A stretch of DNA of 14,048 bases from the IMG/VR virus record IMGVR_UViG_2582580966_000010. One strand, written 5' to 3'. The notes under the pieces were generated by a model. The model searched no databases. It had not been told where the DNA came from and saw nothing but the letters and a program-made list of their open reading frames with translations. Shown here piece after piece: positions 1 to 7,233 of the stretch. The stretch is from a virus (taxonomy: Duplodnaviria > Heunggongvirae > Uroviricota > Caudoviricetes). The stretch's first letter is position 1, and each line of letters starts with the position of its first letter. Position numbers and translations under genes: made by a program.

Positions 1-145
1 GTTTATCACAACATGTGTGTACGCCATCAAACCACGAGAAATAATCAATTATGACGCAGGTATCGTATTAATTGATCTGCATCAAATTAACGTAAAAGCA
101 ACTTCAGATAATACAAATCAGCAACACTGAATATGGGAAAACATT

Positions 146-346
146 ATGTCATCAAAGAACAGAACCCGCAGAACAACAACCCGCAACATCCGATTTCCAA
201 ACCAGATGATTGAACAAATTAACATCGCTCTTGATCTGAAAGGTTCAGGAAACTTTTCAGCGTGGGTTATTGAAGCCTGCAGGAGAAGGCTGGCAACAGA
301 TGCAACGCATCTGCGCCCGGCCAGCATGAAAAATAACGAGAAATGA
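146..346 (+). CDS. Small ribbon-helix-helix-like DNA-binding protein (Arc/CopG-like; resembles DUF3950/YlcI-type prophage proteins)
   Basis: 66-aa ORF with ATG at 146. The pattern RNIRFPNQMIEQINIAL...GNFSAWVIEACRRRL fits a beta-strand followed by two helices, as in RHH repressors. It is the only convincing plus-strand gene at this end of the window. The SD is weak. Confidence 0.45.
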   Translation: MSSKNRTRRTTTRNIRFPNQMIEQINIALDLKGSGNFSAWVIEACRRRLATDATHLRPASMKNNEK

Positions 347-477
347 ACGTTCGGTTACAGGAGCAGGTACCCACTGTCCTCCAACAATATTTCATCTTCA
401 TATCCGACGGAACAAGACTTACCCTGCCGGGATGTACAGAATAACAACAGAGTGATAATTAATTTCTGATGAAATAA

Positions 478-804
478 TCAGGGTGCAGAAGGACTAAAGA
501 TAAACGTTTTCTTCACGCCTTTACACGGCCTGTCCTTCTCAAATCGCCATTTTGCCATCGCCTTTACAACCTGCTCATCAAACAAATGGTGCGGCTCTGA
601 ACGGATAAACTCAATTCGGGTGACAGTACCATCAGCACCAATATCAAACTTCACATCAACCCGTCCCTTTATATAATTTGCCGCTGCATAGGCCGGATAT
701 TGTGGTAATGCCTTAACCAACTGTCGGGGCATATCTGTTTTATGTTGCGTACAGCCCATAACCAGAGAAGACAACAAAATAATTAACGGAAGGTTTCTTT
801 TCAT
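478..804 (-). CDS. Lipoprotein with TonB C-terminal-like domain
   Basis: Signal peptide with lipobox-like LVMGC (MKRNLPLIILLSSLVMGC). The C-terminal region PQYPAYAAANYIKGRVDVKFDIGADGTVTRIEFIRSEPHHLFDEQVVKAMAKWRFEK matches the TonB_C/TolA-C fold signature. ATG at 804 has GGGA placed 6 nt upstream; the ORF track begins at an upstream GTG (819). Confidence 0.55.
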   Translation of the reverse strand: MKRNLPLIILLSSLVMGCTQHKTDMPRQLVKALPQYPAYAAANYIKGRVDVKFDIGADGTVTRIEFIRSEPHHLFDEQVVKAMAKWRFEKDRPCKGVKKTFIFSPSAP

Positions 805-1148
805 TTTCATTCCCGGCACAGATAAGAATAAGTCTTATTCTAACAATGCCACCCTGTCGGTCATCAATCCTCTGCTTAATGGCAACGACAATTATCCGAC
901 TTAAATCACAAATCAGACACATGACATAACAGAGCTTGCGAGGTAACACATCGTCCGGTTTCTTCCACCATCGCACCGGACCAGCGACCATGAGGGGACA
1001 ACGCCGCGCTCCGTTAACACGGTAAACCCCGGTGTGTATCGTTTTTGATTATCCCCGCACACTCGCGCAGAGGAGTCTCCCGGTCGGGCTGCGGTCTCTG
1101 TTAATGCGGGGATACGGCGACAATACCGCGCATGGTTAATAAGGTCGC

Positions 1149-1373
1149 TCAACACACTGGCTGTAATGCAGCGGATACCATGCGGCATTTAGCGGCATTC
1201 ATCGTACACTCAACGGTTAGCTCTTCATTCGTGGCATTCACCTGAAAGGTCCGGGAGTGTAATTGCGTACATTTACCACTGAACGAACCTTCAACAAGAA
1301 CACGACCACGCTGCAAAATACGGAACGGAATTGTTCCCTGAAAAGGCTTTACGGTTACCAGTAATTTCTTCAT
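1149..1373 (-). CDS. Hypothetical small protein (74 aa) downstream of Rz
   Basis: ATG at 1373 preceded by a GGAGA SD. The N-terminal two-thirds (MKKLLVTVKPFQGTIPFRILQRGRVLVEGSFSG...) looks protein-like, but the C-terminus is Cys/Arg-rich and may be degenerate. Confidence 0.35.
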   Translation of the reverse strand: MKKLLVTVKPFQGTIPFRILQRGRVLVEGSFSGKCTQLHSRTFQVNATNEELTVECTMNAAKCRMVSAALQPVC

Positions 1374-1396
1374 GCATTCTCCGGATAACAAAAATA

Positions 1397-1864
1397 CTAG
1401 TTAATACACTGAGTGCGGATATAGTCCTGCGCCCCTTCCAGTTGCTTCTGCATTGTCATCAACCGCTCTCTGAGGGTGAAATAATCCCGTTCAGCGGTGT
1501 CTGCCAGTCGGGGGCCGGTTGCATTATCCACGCGGGCGGTGCCGGTGGCTTCACGCACGGAACCTGGACAGGTGGCGTTGATACGCAGGCTGCGGCGACC
1601 AGCGGCAACGTCAGCGCGCAGAGTTTCATTTTCAGCTCTCGCATCGGCTAACTCCTTTGTGTATTTTTCATCCAGCGCAGCAACATCACGCTGACGCTGC
1701 TGCATGTCAGTAATGGTTGTGTTTGCCAGCTCCAGCTCTCTGGCTTTTTTATCGCGCTGCGCTTTGTAGGTGATGGCGTTATCGCGGTAATGATTCAGCC
1801 CCAGACTAAGCACACCACAGGCTACCAGCAGGACAATAATCACCACACACAGAACACGGTTCAT
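1397..1864 (-). CDS. Rz: Rz i-spanin (inner-membrane spanin subunit)
   Basis: Strong similarity to lambda Rz as remembered: N-terminal TM followed by [15 protein letters not shown]...[15 protein letters not shown]...AAGRR...[23 protein letters not shown]. Start chosen at MNRVL (ATG 1864) to match lambda Rz length; the ORF track extends to an upstream GTG. Confidence 0.9.
   Translation of the reverse strand: MNRVLCVVIIVLLVACGVLSLGLNHYRDNAITYKAQRDKKARELELANTTITDMQQRQRDVAALDEKYTKELADARAENETLRADVAAGRRSLRINATCPGSVREATGTARVDNATGPRLADTAERDYFTLRERLMTMQKQLEGAQDYIRTQCIN
1459..1644 (-). CDS. Rz1: Rz1 o-spanin (outer-membrane lipoprotein spanin), embedded in Rz in the +1 frame
   Basis: 61-aa ORF wholly inside Rz in another frame. 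It has a lipobox (LVAAAC) and the proline-rich motif [30 protein letters not shown], nearly identical to lambda Rz1. Confidence 0.85.
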   Translation of the reverse strand: MRELKMKLCALTLPLVAAACVSTPPVQVPCVKPPAPPAWIMQPAPDWQTPLNGIISPSESG

Positions 1865-1963
1865 ATCACCACCAACGGATTGCCCAGACCAGAACAGCAA
1901 TGGCCACAATACGAATGGCAAATGCCATTGCCCGAATAAGTTCAGCACTCATCTTTTTAAAGT

Positions 1964-2146
1964 TCACGATTTCAGCGCAATGACCAGTTTTGCCAGCCCA
2001 TACAGTATCGGAGACACAGCGATACCAACCGCCACCCACTTAATAGCAAAAGCCAGCGCTCTGCTGATGTCATCAGTTACTGGCGCTTTCAGTTCAAGGC
2101 CGTTTTTCATAGTCAACCTCAACAGAATTCGTTTATACTTTTCCAT
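1964..2146 (-). CDS. Hypothetical 60-aa tail-anchored membrane protein between endolysin and Rz
   Basis: ATG at 2146 with a strong SD (AAGGGAG). Charged N-terminal half and a hydrophobic C-terminal helix (ALAFAIKWVAVGIAVSPILYGLAKLVIAL). An upstream in-frame ATG at 2179 is also possible. Confidence 0.45.
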   Translation of the reverse strand: MEKYKRILLRLTMKNGLELKAPVTDDISRALAFAIKWVAVGIAVSPILYGLAKLVIALKS

Positions 2147-2179
2147 GTTCTCCCTTGCCTTATCCAAGGTCAGAAACAC

Positions 2180-2212
2180 AAAACCCCGCTTGCAGCCAAC
2201 AAACGGGGTTTT
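2180..2212. terminator. Bidirectional intrinsic terminator-like hairpin between endolysin and the 60-aa ORF
   Basis: AAAACCCCG-cttgcagccaacaaa-CGGGGTTTTT: a GC stem flanked by an A-run on one side and a T-run on the other, so it gives a U-tract on both strands. Confidence 0.45.
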
Positions 2213-2302
2213 TACTTTTATTCACTTAGTTTTTGTTAGTTCGCAGGATTTCGTGTTATCCGTCCGTGTGAGCAAACCGCATTTTTCAGCAAAATATTCT
2301 GC

Positions 2303-2836
2303 TTATCTGTCAATTCCCCAGCACGCCAGCGCACTCTCCTGGTCGCGACGGGATACCTGACCGTAACAGTTGTTTGAGCGAATACGGCAGTCTCTGCCAC
2401 CGTCCTTAATCCACCAGCGAATCGCTTCGCATGCTCCCCTGCGATCACCTGCATTAATTCGTCTGTAAAACGTCGACGGGAAACACTTACCGGGACCAAT
2501 GTTGTACGGACAGAATGACGCGATCCCCGCTTTCTGGGGTTCGGTCAGCGGCACTCTGATGTTTTTCTCCACCCACGCCAGCGCTTTATCACGCTCAATG
2601 GCGTTAACCTGGTCGCATTTTTCCTTCGACAACTTCATGCCCGGAACGACAGGTTTGCCATCCACCATGATGGCACCACGGCAGATGGTCCAGATACCCG
2701 CACCATCACGGTATGCCGTGGTGTGGTTGCCTTCTTTTTCATCCAGAAACTGGTCGAGAATTTCAGGCGCAGACGCACCAGCGGCAATCAGCGCCAGAAC
2801 GGCAGCCGACAGGCCGTATCTGATTTTTGCGTTCAT
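2303..2836 (-). CDS. R: SAR (signal-anchor-release) endolysin, T4-lysozyme-like muramidase (GH24)
   Basis: Gly/Ala-rich weakly hydrophobic N-terminal SAR segment (YGLSAAVLALIAAGASAPEIL), followed by the catalytic E-x8-D-x5-T spacing (EGNHTTAYRDGAGIWT) seen in phage 21 R-type lysozymes. It pairs with the upstream pinholin. Confidence 0.9.
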   Translation of the reverse strand: MNAKIRYGLSAAVLALIAAGASAPEILDQFLDEKEGNHTTAYRDGAGIWTICRGAIMVDGKPVVPGMKLSKEKCDQVNAIERDKALAWVEKNIRVPLTEPQKAGIASFCPYNIGPGKCFPSTFYRRINAGDRRGACEAIRWWIKDGGRDCRIRSNNCYGQVSRRDQESALACWGIDR

Positions 2837-2961
2837 GGATATTTATCAGGATTTATCGGTTCCGAATCCCTGGATATGTTAAGTCTTCAGCCCGCCAGTG
2901 GTGGGCACTGGCGTAAACTCAACAATGCGAGATGGCTGCCTCGCAAAGATAAGGAACAGAT

Positions 2962-3237
2962 ATGAGTGAAGAAAATAGCAAAGAGAATACAGCACTTTTT
3001 GACAGAATTTTTACTCTTGAGTTACAGGTCGGTTTTCTTCTCCCAAAGATAATCAAAGCAATGGATGCACTAAGTAAAAATAACGCTGTGTCAGATTACC
3101 TGATCGCCGAAATGGAACATCTAATTAAAGAAATACCAAAGACAGTTGCTCGTGATGATAAAAGATTCCTCAAGGCTGCTGAAGATGCTCTTTCAACAGT
3201 GAAGCGCAGCTTAGATGCGCCGCGCGATCAAGAATAG
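2962..3237 (+). CDS. Hypothetical 91-aa helical protein, antisense to the late operon (moron-like)
   Basis: ATG at 2962 with SD AAGGA at 6-nt spacing. AT-rich. The opposite strand over 2837-3169 has no ORF. It is followed by its own plus-strand intrinsic terminator. Its 3' end overlaps the 3' end of the converging 176-aa gene by 68 bp. Confidence 0.5.
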   Translation: MSEENSKENTALFDRIFTLELQVGFLLPKIIKAMDALSKNNAVSDYLIAEMEHLIKEIPKTVARDDKRFLKAAEDALSTVKRSLDAPRDQE

Positions 3238-3700
3238 TTTCTTTCATTTCATCTGCTGCAAGCACCTCATTTTTTGTTGGGGTGCTTTTTTTCAATTCAG
3301 CGATATAGCACTCCAGTTTTTCAATGCGTGATTCAATATCATCGTTTTCTGACCGCAATGCCGTCGGTGGCGTCTTCAGAGAACCAGTAATTATTCCCGG
3401 TAGTTTTCCTCTGTAGGTTATCAACACATCCTGCGCCTCTAAAATTATGGGGCGCTTTTCCGGCAACGGACCATCCCCTTCACATAACCCGGCAGCAACA
3501 TCCATGAAAAACTGCTTCGCCTGCTTTTTCGCCTCAGCTTCGTAAAACTCCAGCGTGGCATCTTCAGTACGGTCAAGACTAATCGCCACATCTGGCAACA
3601 ACAGTGACGGATACCCACCAATTTCCAGTGCCACAGTAACAGTAATCTTATTCGGGTAATTATTTATCCCTTTAACAACCAGTTCGTATTTTTTCTTCAT
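3170..3700 (-). CDS. Hypothetical 176-aa protein translationally coupled downstream of the holin
   Basis: ATG at 3700 lies 4 nt after the holin stop, with a GGAGAG SD inside the holin 3' end. Predicted C-terminal coiled coil (ENDDIESRIEKLECYIAELKK). No motif I recognise. Confidence 0.6.
   Translation of the reverse strand: MKKKYELVVKGINNYPNKITVTVALEIGGYPSLLLPDVAISLDRTEDATLEFYEAEAKKQAKQFFMDVAAGLCEGDGPLPEKRPIILEAQDVLITYRGKLPGIITGSLKTPPTALRSENDDIESRIEKLECYIAELKKSTPTKNEVLAADEMKETILDRAAHLSCASLLKEHLQQP
3261..3292 (+). terminator. Intrinsic terminator for the plus-strand 91-aa gene
   Basis: AGCACC...GGTGC stem followed by TTTTTTT on the plus strand only; the minus-strand RNA has no U-tract after the hairpin. 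The loop is long (14 nt), so confidence is moderate. Confidence 0.4.
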
Positions 3701-3704
3701 CGCT

Positions 3705-3920
3705 TTACTCTCCCCGCGCCGCCTTACGACGGTCCTCTCTGATTTTGAAATACAGGTTAGTCAGATATGTCAGCAGCCCAAACAGCAGACTTCCCAGTAC
3801 GCCTATTGCCGCCCACTGAGACGGGGAAACCCTGTCCAGCAGCTGCAGGAACCAGTAGCCCGTTCCCACCGCTGACGTGGTGTATGACACACCTGTTGTG
3901 ATTTTTTCCATCTGGTACAT
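3705..3920 (-). CDS. S: Class II holin (phage 21 S-like pinholin)
   Basis: 71-aa ORF. The sequence [51 protein letters not shown] is near-identical to S21/EssD-type holins as remembered. Possible dual-start motif M1-Y-Q-M4. Strong SD (GGGAG). Confidence 0.9.
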   Translation of the reverse strand: MYQMEKITTGVSYTTSAVGTGYWFLQLLDRVSPSQWAAIGVLGSLLFGLLTYLTNLYFKIREDRRKAARGE

Positions 3921-3995
3921 ACCCCGTCTCCCGCAATCCGGAAGCTCACAACAACAAGAGGGGCATCAGCTCACACCGACAGCCCCTGCGCATGG

Positions 3996-4265
3996 TTACA
4001 TCATCATTTCGCCGTCAGGCTGAGGCTCACTGCTACCATCAGGCTGAGACCCGACGCCATCTGAAACAGCACTGTCATCCGCAATGCCTTCCGGCTCCGG
4101 AACAGTCGGTGCGCCCAGCAGTTCATCCAGAATGGCATCCACTTCTGCATCAAGACGCGCCTCAAGGTTCTGCCGAAGTTGCTGTTTCAGTGCGCTTCTG
4201 ACTTCTTCAGAGCGCAGGACTTCCTTCACTGCTTCAGCAGTGACCAGCGATTTTATTTCTGACAT
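3996..4265 (-). CDS. Hypothetical small acidic protein (about 89 aa)
   Basis: ORF with a helical N-terminal region (MSEIKSLVTAEAVKEVLRSEEVRSALKQQLRQNLEARLDAEVDAILDELLG) and an acidic, low-complexity C-terminus. Start chosen at the internal ATG (4265) because the upstream extension is low-complexity. SD is weak. Confidence 0.4.
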   Translation of the reverse strand: MSEIKSLVTAEAVKEVLRSEEVRSALKQQLRQNLEARLDAEVDAILDELLGAPTVPEPEGIADDSAVSDGVGSQPDGSSEPQPDGEMMM

Positions 4266-4302
4266 GGTATTTTCTCGTTGAAAGGTGTTGTTAAGAAAGT
4301 TG

Positions 4303-4485
4303 CTACGGAATGAGAGGCTCTTCGGGTTTTGTTCCGGCTGACTGACTGGCACTGATTTTCTCAGCGGCCCTTTTGTCAATCTGCCTGCGCCAGAAATCTC
4401 TCACGACTCTGTACCCACCAGAAAGAAGATACAGCACACAAACTGCTGTACAGAAATACAACATAATCAGCTGTAAAAATGTCAT
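4303..4485 (-). CDS. Hypothetical 60-aa membrane protein
   Basis: ATG at 4485 with a GGAGA SD 7 nt upstream. N-terminal TM helix (FLQLIMLYFCTAVCVLYLLSGG) followed by a basic segment. Confidence 0.45.
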   Translation of the reverse strand: MTFLQLIMLYFCTAVCVLYLLSGGYRVVRDFWRRQIDKRAAEKISASQSAGTKPEEPLIP

Positions 4486-4633
4486 TATTCATCTCCATTA
4501 TTGACATGGTCAATGCCTGCCAGTAAAAAACTCCTGCATTTTTTGCTCAGCATATTTTTGCTAAGGATGTAGCGACTTCTGCCGCCGGTTCTGGCTCCTT
4601 GTTTTCCCTGCCACGGCGGTCTTTTTTTCCTGC

Positions 4634-6577
4634 TTACGGGTTATTCACTTCCACTGCGATACTGTCAATCAGTACCGGGTAAGTCGCATTTTTAGTGATA
4701 TCGGTCACGCGCAACTTGTCTGCCGTAAACGTGCCGACCGGAGACTGCGACAGCATGAATGGTGTCCCGTCCTTACCATCAATGACCGGCGTCACCTCAA
4801 TACTGTTGTTACCGGCAAAACGGAAGCCCAGCGTATGCCATTCGTTATTAAATGCGCCGAATGACCCCAGCTTCGTGTTCTGCGCCGTGTTTCCTTTGTG
4901 ATACATCACGTTAAGGTCTGTGGCATCGCTCTGTACGTAAAACGATGCCAGCAGGTTATGACCGGCATTACCTTCCAGTGTGACGCCCTGAGGAAGCGAA
5001 GAAACCGGCCAGTACAGCGCCAGTGCGTACTGATTAGCCGTAAGCGCGCCATCGAGTTTAAAACGACAACTGACAAGACCACCTTTACCCAGCAGGTCCG
5101 CACCATTACCAGCATCATGCTCAAGGTACCAGGGGGCTCTTCCTGTTTCCTTGGTCAGTTTCATTGCCTTACCCCCGCTGGCTCCGGCATCATCCACGAT
5201 TTGAGCCTTGCCACCTCCGGCAGCCCAACCCTGTGGTGTCAACCGTCCTTCAGACTCAGATGCCCGGTAAGCAAATAGCGTACTCATCGTCGTGGTGTCT
5301 GCGGGTGGCGTGGACGGTTTTGATGGTGTATCAGGTGACGGCTTCTCATCCGGTGGTGTCACGGTCTGCCCGCGCATCAATTCAGCCGTGCGCCCTGCAT
5401 GGAGCATAATAGCTGAGGCCAGACGGTCTGAAATGACGCCCCTGCGTGCCCATGAGCTGAAATGGCTGTCACGCTGTGTCGAAACAAAACTGCCCTGGGT
5501 TCGGGATGCTGCACCGTAATACCCGACAGCCACAATATCCGGGTCTTCCGCCGGAGCATTCGTTGGCGTGCTCTGTCCATTCTCATCCGTCAGGAACGGT
5601 ACAAAGAAAATATTCTGTGCTTCCCTGCCCTTGTAACCGCCATATACCGCCTCATATTTATCGGCGTTAAGATTCTTCCAGTAATACGTGGTGTCACCAC
5701 AAATCCACGGCACCGAGCCAGCACTTCCGCCAACACACTGTGCAGAATATGCAGCCATATCAGCCCTGAACTGCTGCACCATAGTGGTAAACAGGCCGCT
5801 GTGCTGCTGACTGCCGTCCGCAAGATCATTTTCCCCCTGCATCCATACCACGGCCAGAAGCCTGTTTTTCGGGTTCTTCGACAGCGCCGCTTTTGTACGG
5901 AAGAGAAAATCCTGATACAGCGGTTTACCCACTCCCCAGCGGGCTGAATTTGCCGATGCGCCAGACGTTTCGCTGAACGTGCCGTCATTACCCACGGTTA
6001 AACCAGCCCCGCCACGGCAACAGGGCACCAGAAGAATCCCGGCATTCTGCGGGATATAAGGCAGAAGTTTTTTGGCAATATGCAGCCCCTGACCGACAGT
6101 CCCGTACTGGCCCTTACTCAGGTCTGCATGAGGATGGTTAAGTGCGCTCATGTCCTGAACATCATGCAGACAGTGGTCTGCCGGAATAACGTCATTGTAT
6201 GCACAGGTATCACCACCCGGCGTCACAGTGCTGCGACGGGCCAGCTGCTTAATACGGGAGTCAGGGCGATCATAGGTCTCCGGCAGAGGAAGCCCCTCAC
6301 CATAGGCCATACCGTTCGACTGCCCGGCCAGGGGAATAACGTAGTAATACTCCGGTTCAGTGGTAGCCACTCCCGGAGAGCCACCAGCCCCTGTGTCGGG
6401 CACAACCACAGGCGTGGTCACATCACCCTCTGCGGCAATGGCCTGCATCAGTGTATAAGGCGTGATAGCCACAGGACTGCCAAACGGCTGCCAGCCTTCC
6501 TTCAGTTTTTGTGTCAGTCGCTCCGCAAGGTCTGACGGCGACGCCGCCCTGACCACGTCATAGTGTTTAAATGCCAT
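4634..6577 (-). CDS. nanS-p: Prophage-encoded sialate O-acetylesterase (NanS-p-like; DUF1737 N-domain plus SASA/SGNH esterase plus C-terminal lectin-like domain)
   Basis: 647-aa ORF. Start chosen at MAFKHYDVV (ATG 6577) with a strong SD (GGAGGA); the ORF track begins 10 codons upstream. It carries the SASA-family catalytic serine motif GQSN (YYYVIPLAGQSNGMAYGE) and the conserved block VVWMQGENDL. Its position between the tRNA/cargo site and the holin matches the large esterase ORF downstream of stx in Stx phages. Confidence 0.8.
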   Translation of the reverse strand: MAFKHYDVVRAASPSDLAERLTQKLKEGWQPFGSPVAITPYTLMQAIAAEGDVTTPVVVPDTGAGGSPGVATTEPEYYYVIPLAGQSNGMAYGEGLPLPETYDRPDSRIKQLARRSTVTPGGDTCAYNDVIPADHCLHDVQDMSALNHPHADLSKGQYGTVGQGLHIAKKLLPYIPQNAGILLVPCCRGGAGLTVGNDGTFSETSGASANSARWGVGKPLYQDFLFRTKAALSKNPKNRLLAVVWMQGENDLADGSQQHSGLFTTMVQQFRADMAAYSAQCVGGSAGSVPWICGDTTYYWKNLNADKYEAVYGGYKGREAQNIFFVPFLTDENGQSTPTNAPAEDPDIVAVGYYGAASRTQGSFVSTQRDSHFSSWARRGVISDRLASAIMLHAGRTAELMRGQTVTPPDEKPSPDTPSKPSTPPADTTTMSTLFAYRASESEGRLTPQGWAAGGGKAQIVDDAGASGGKAMKLTKETGRAPWYLEHDAGNGADLLGKGGLVSCRFKLDGALTANQYALALYWPVSSLPQGVTLEGNAGHNLLASFYVQSDATDLNVMYHKGNTAQNTKLGSFGAFNNEWHTLGFRFAGNNSIEVTPVIDGKDGTPFMLSQSPVGTFTADKLRVTDITKNATYPVLIDSIAVEVNNP

Positions 6578-6660
6578 TATTCCTCCCCTTTCCGGGATTT
6601 TCCTCAACAGTTGCGGGCCACGGTCCGGCTACACGGAGAATCAAAAGAGGAGAACCGCAG

Positions 6661-6696
6661 CCCGCAAAACGAAAAAGGCCGCGCAGTTGCGCAGCC
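6661..6696 (-). terminator. Intrinsic terminator (minus strand) upstream of nanS-p
   Basis: Minus-strand RNA forms GGCUGCGC-aacu-GCGCGGCC (8 bp including one G-U pair), followed by UUUUUCGUUUU. Confidence 0.45.
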
Positions 6697-6760
6697 TTAT
6701 CACAGATGGTAAAAATCAGAACACGATAATAAAAATACCTGATGTATATTCATGCGCCCC

Positions 6761-6788
6761 GCCCGCCACTCACTGCGGGCTTTTTTTT
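6761..6788 (+). terminator. Intrinsic terminator (plus-strand orientation)
   Basis: GCCCGC-cactcact-GCGGGC followed by T8 on the plus strand. Confidence 0.5.
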
Positions 6789-6796
6789 GCCCATAG

Positions 6797-6823
6797 AAAA
6801 GCCCCTCCGGAGAGGGGCTTTTT
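6797..6823. terminator. Bidirectional intrinsic terminator downstream of the TerB operon
   Basis: AAAA-GCCCCTC-cgga-GAGGGGC-TTTTT: a perfect 7-bp GC stem with an A-run and a T-run on either side. Confidence 0.55.
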
Positions 6824-7063
6824 ACAGTGGTAGTGTAGACAATTTTGCATGGTGCCGGGTGCCTCCCGGTGAGTTCAGTATCAGCACCTGAACCCGCACA
6901 GAAAGGATAAGGGTCGGTGACAAAACACCAGTTGCTGATTGCCCCTCCGCACAGGGGGATTCACCATGCCAGTTTCTTTTAACAAACTCCCCGCAAACCA
7001 GACAACAGTCAACCGCCTGAATTGTGAGGTATTTAAAAATTTCAACGGGTAACTGATACCCTG

Positions 7064-7225
7064 CTAATCGCCTGATGCTTTCTTTTTCAGCAACGGGAAA
7101 GCAACAACCACCACACCCGCCACCAGCACACCGTCAGCCAGCACTGACATTATCCGGCTGCTGAAGTCCACCATCACCACCATCACTACCAGAAACAGCA
7201 GGAGCGCAACCACAGCCAGACGCAT
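7064..7225 (-). CDS. Hypothetical 53-aa hydrophobic microprotein (predicted two TM segments), coupled to the TerB-like gene
   Basis: Translated by hand from the reverse complement: MRLAVVALLLFLVVMVVMVDFSSRIMSVLADGVLVAGVVVVAFPLLKKKASGD. The ATG at 7225 lies 8 nt after the TerB stop. It falls below the 60-aa cutoff of the ORF track. Confidence 0.4.
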   Translation of the reverse strand: MRLAVVALLLFLVVMVVMVDFSSRIMSVLADGVLVAGVVVVAFPLLKKKASGD

Positions 7226-7233
7226 TTTTACCG

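Noticed and set aside
72-112. Sigma70 promoter for the plus-strand RHH gene (TTGATC ... GATAAT)
   Set aside because: The spacing between the candidate -35 and -10 elements is off (14-15 or more than 20 nt), so no promoter is called.
740-1188. ORFs 740..991 (-) and 913..1188 (-)
   Set aside because: No SD, Cys/Arg-rich low-complexity translations, and overlap with better-supported genes; likely non-coding or decayed sequence.
1865-1948. N-terminal extension of Rz from an upstream GTG
   Set aside because: The extension would add 28 residues before the conserved Rz N-terminus, which begins at the internal ATG.
4695-6535. Multiple 60-160-aa ORFs on both strands inside the esterase gene (for example 4898..5278 +, 5462..5947 +, 5590..5988 -, 6080..6535 +)
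   Set aside because: They are alternative-frame shadows of a long, well-supported CDS, with low-complexity Arg/Cys-rich translations.
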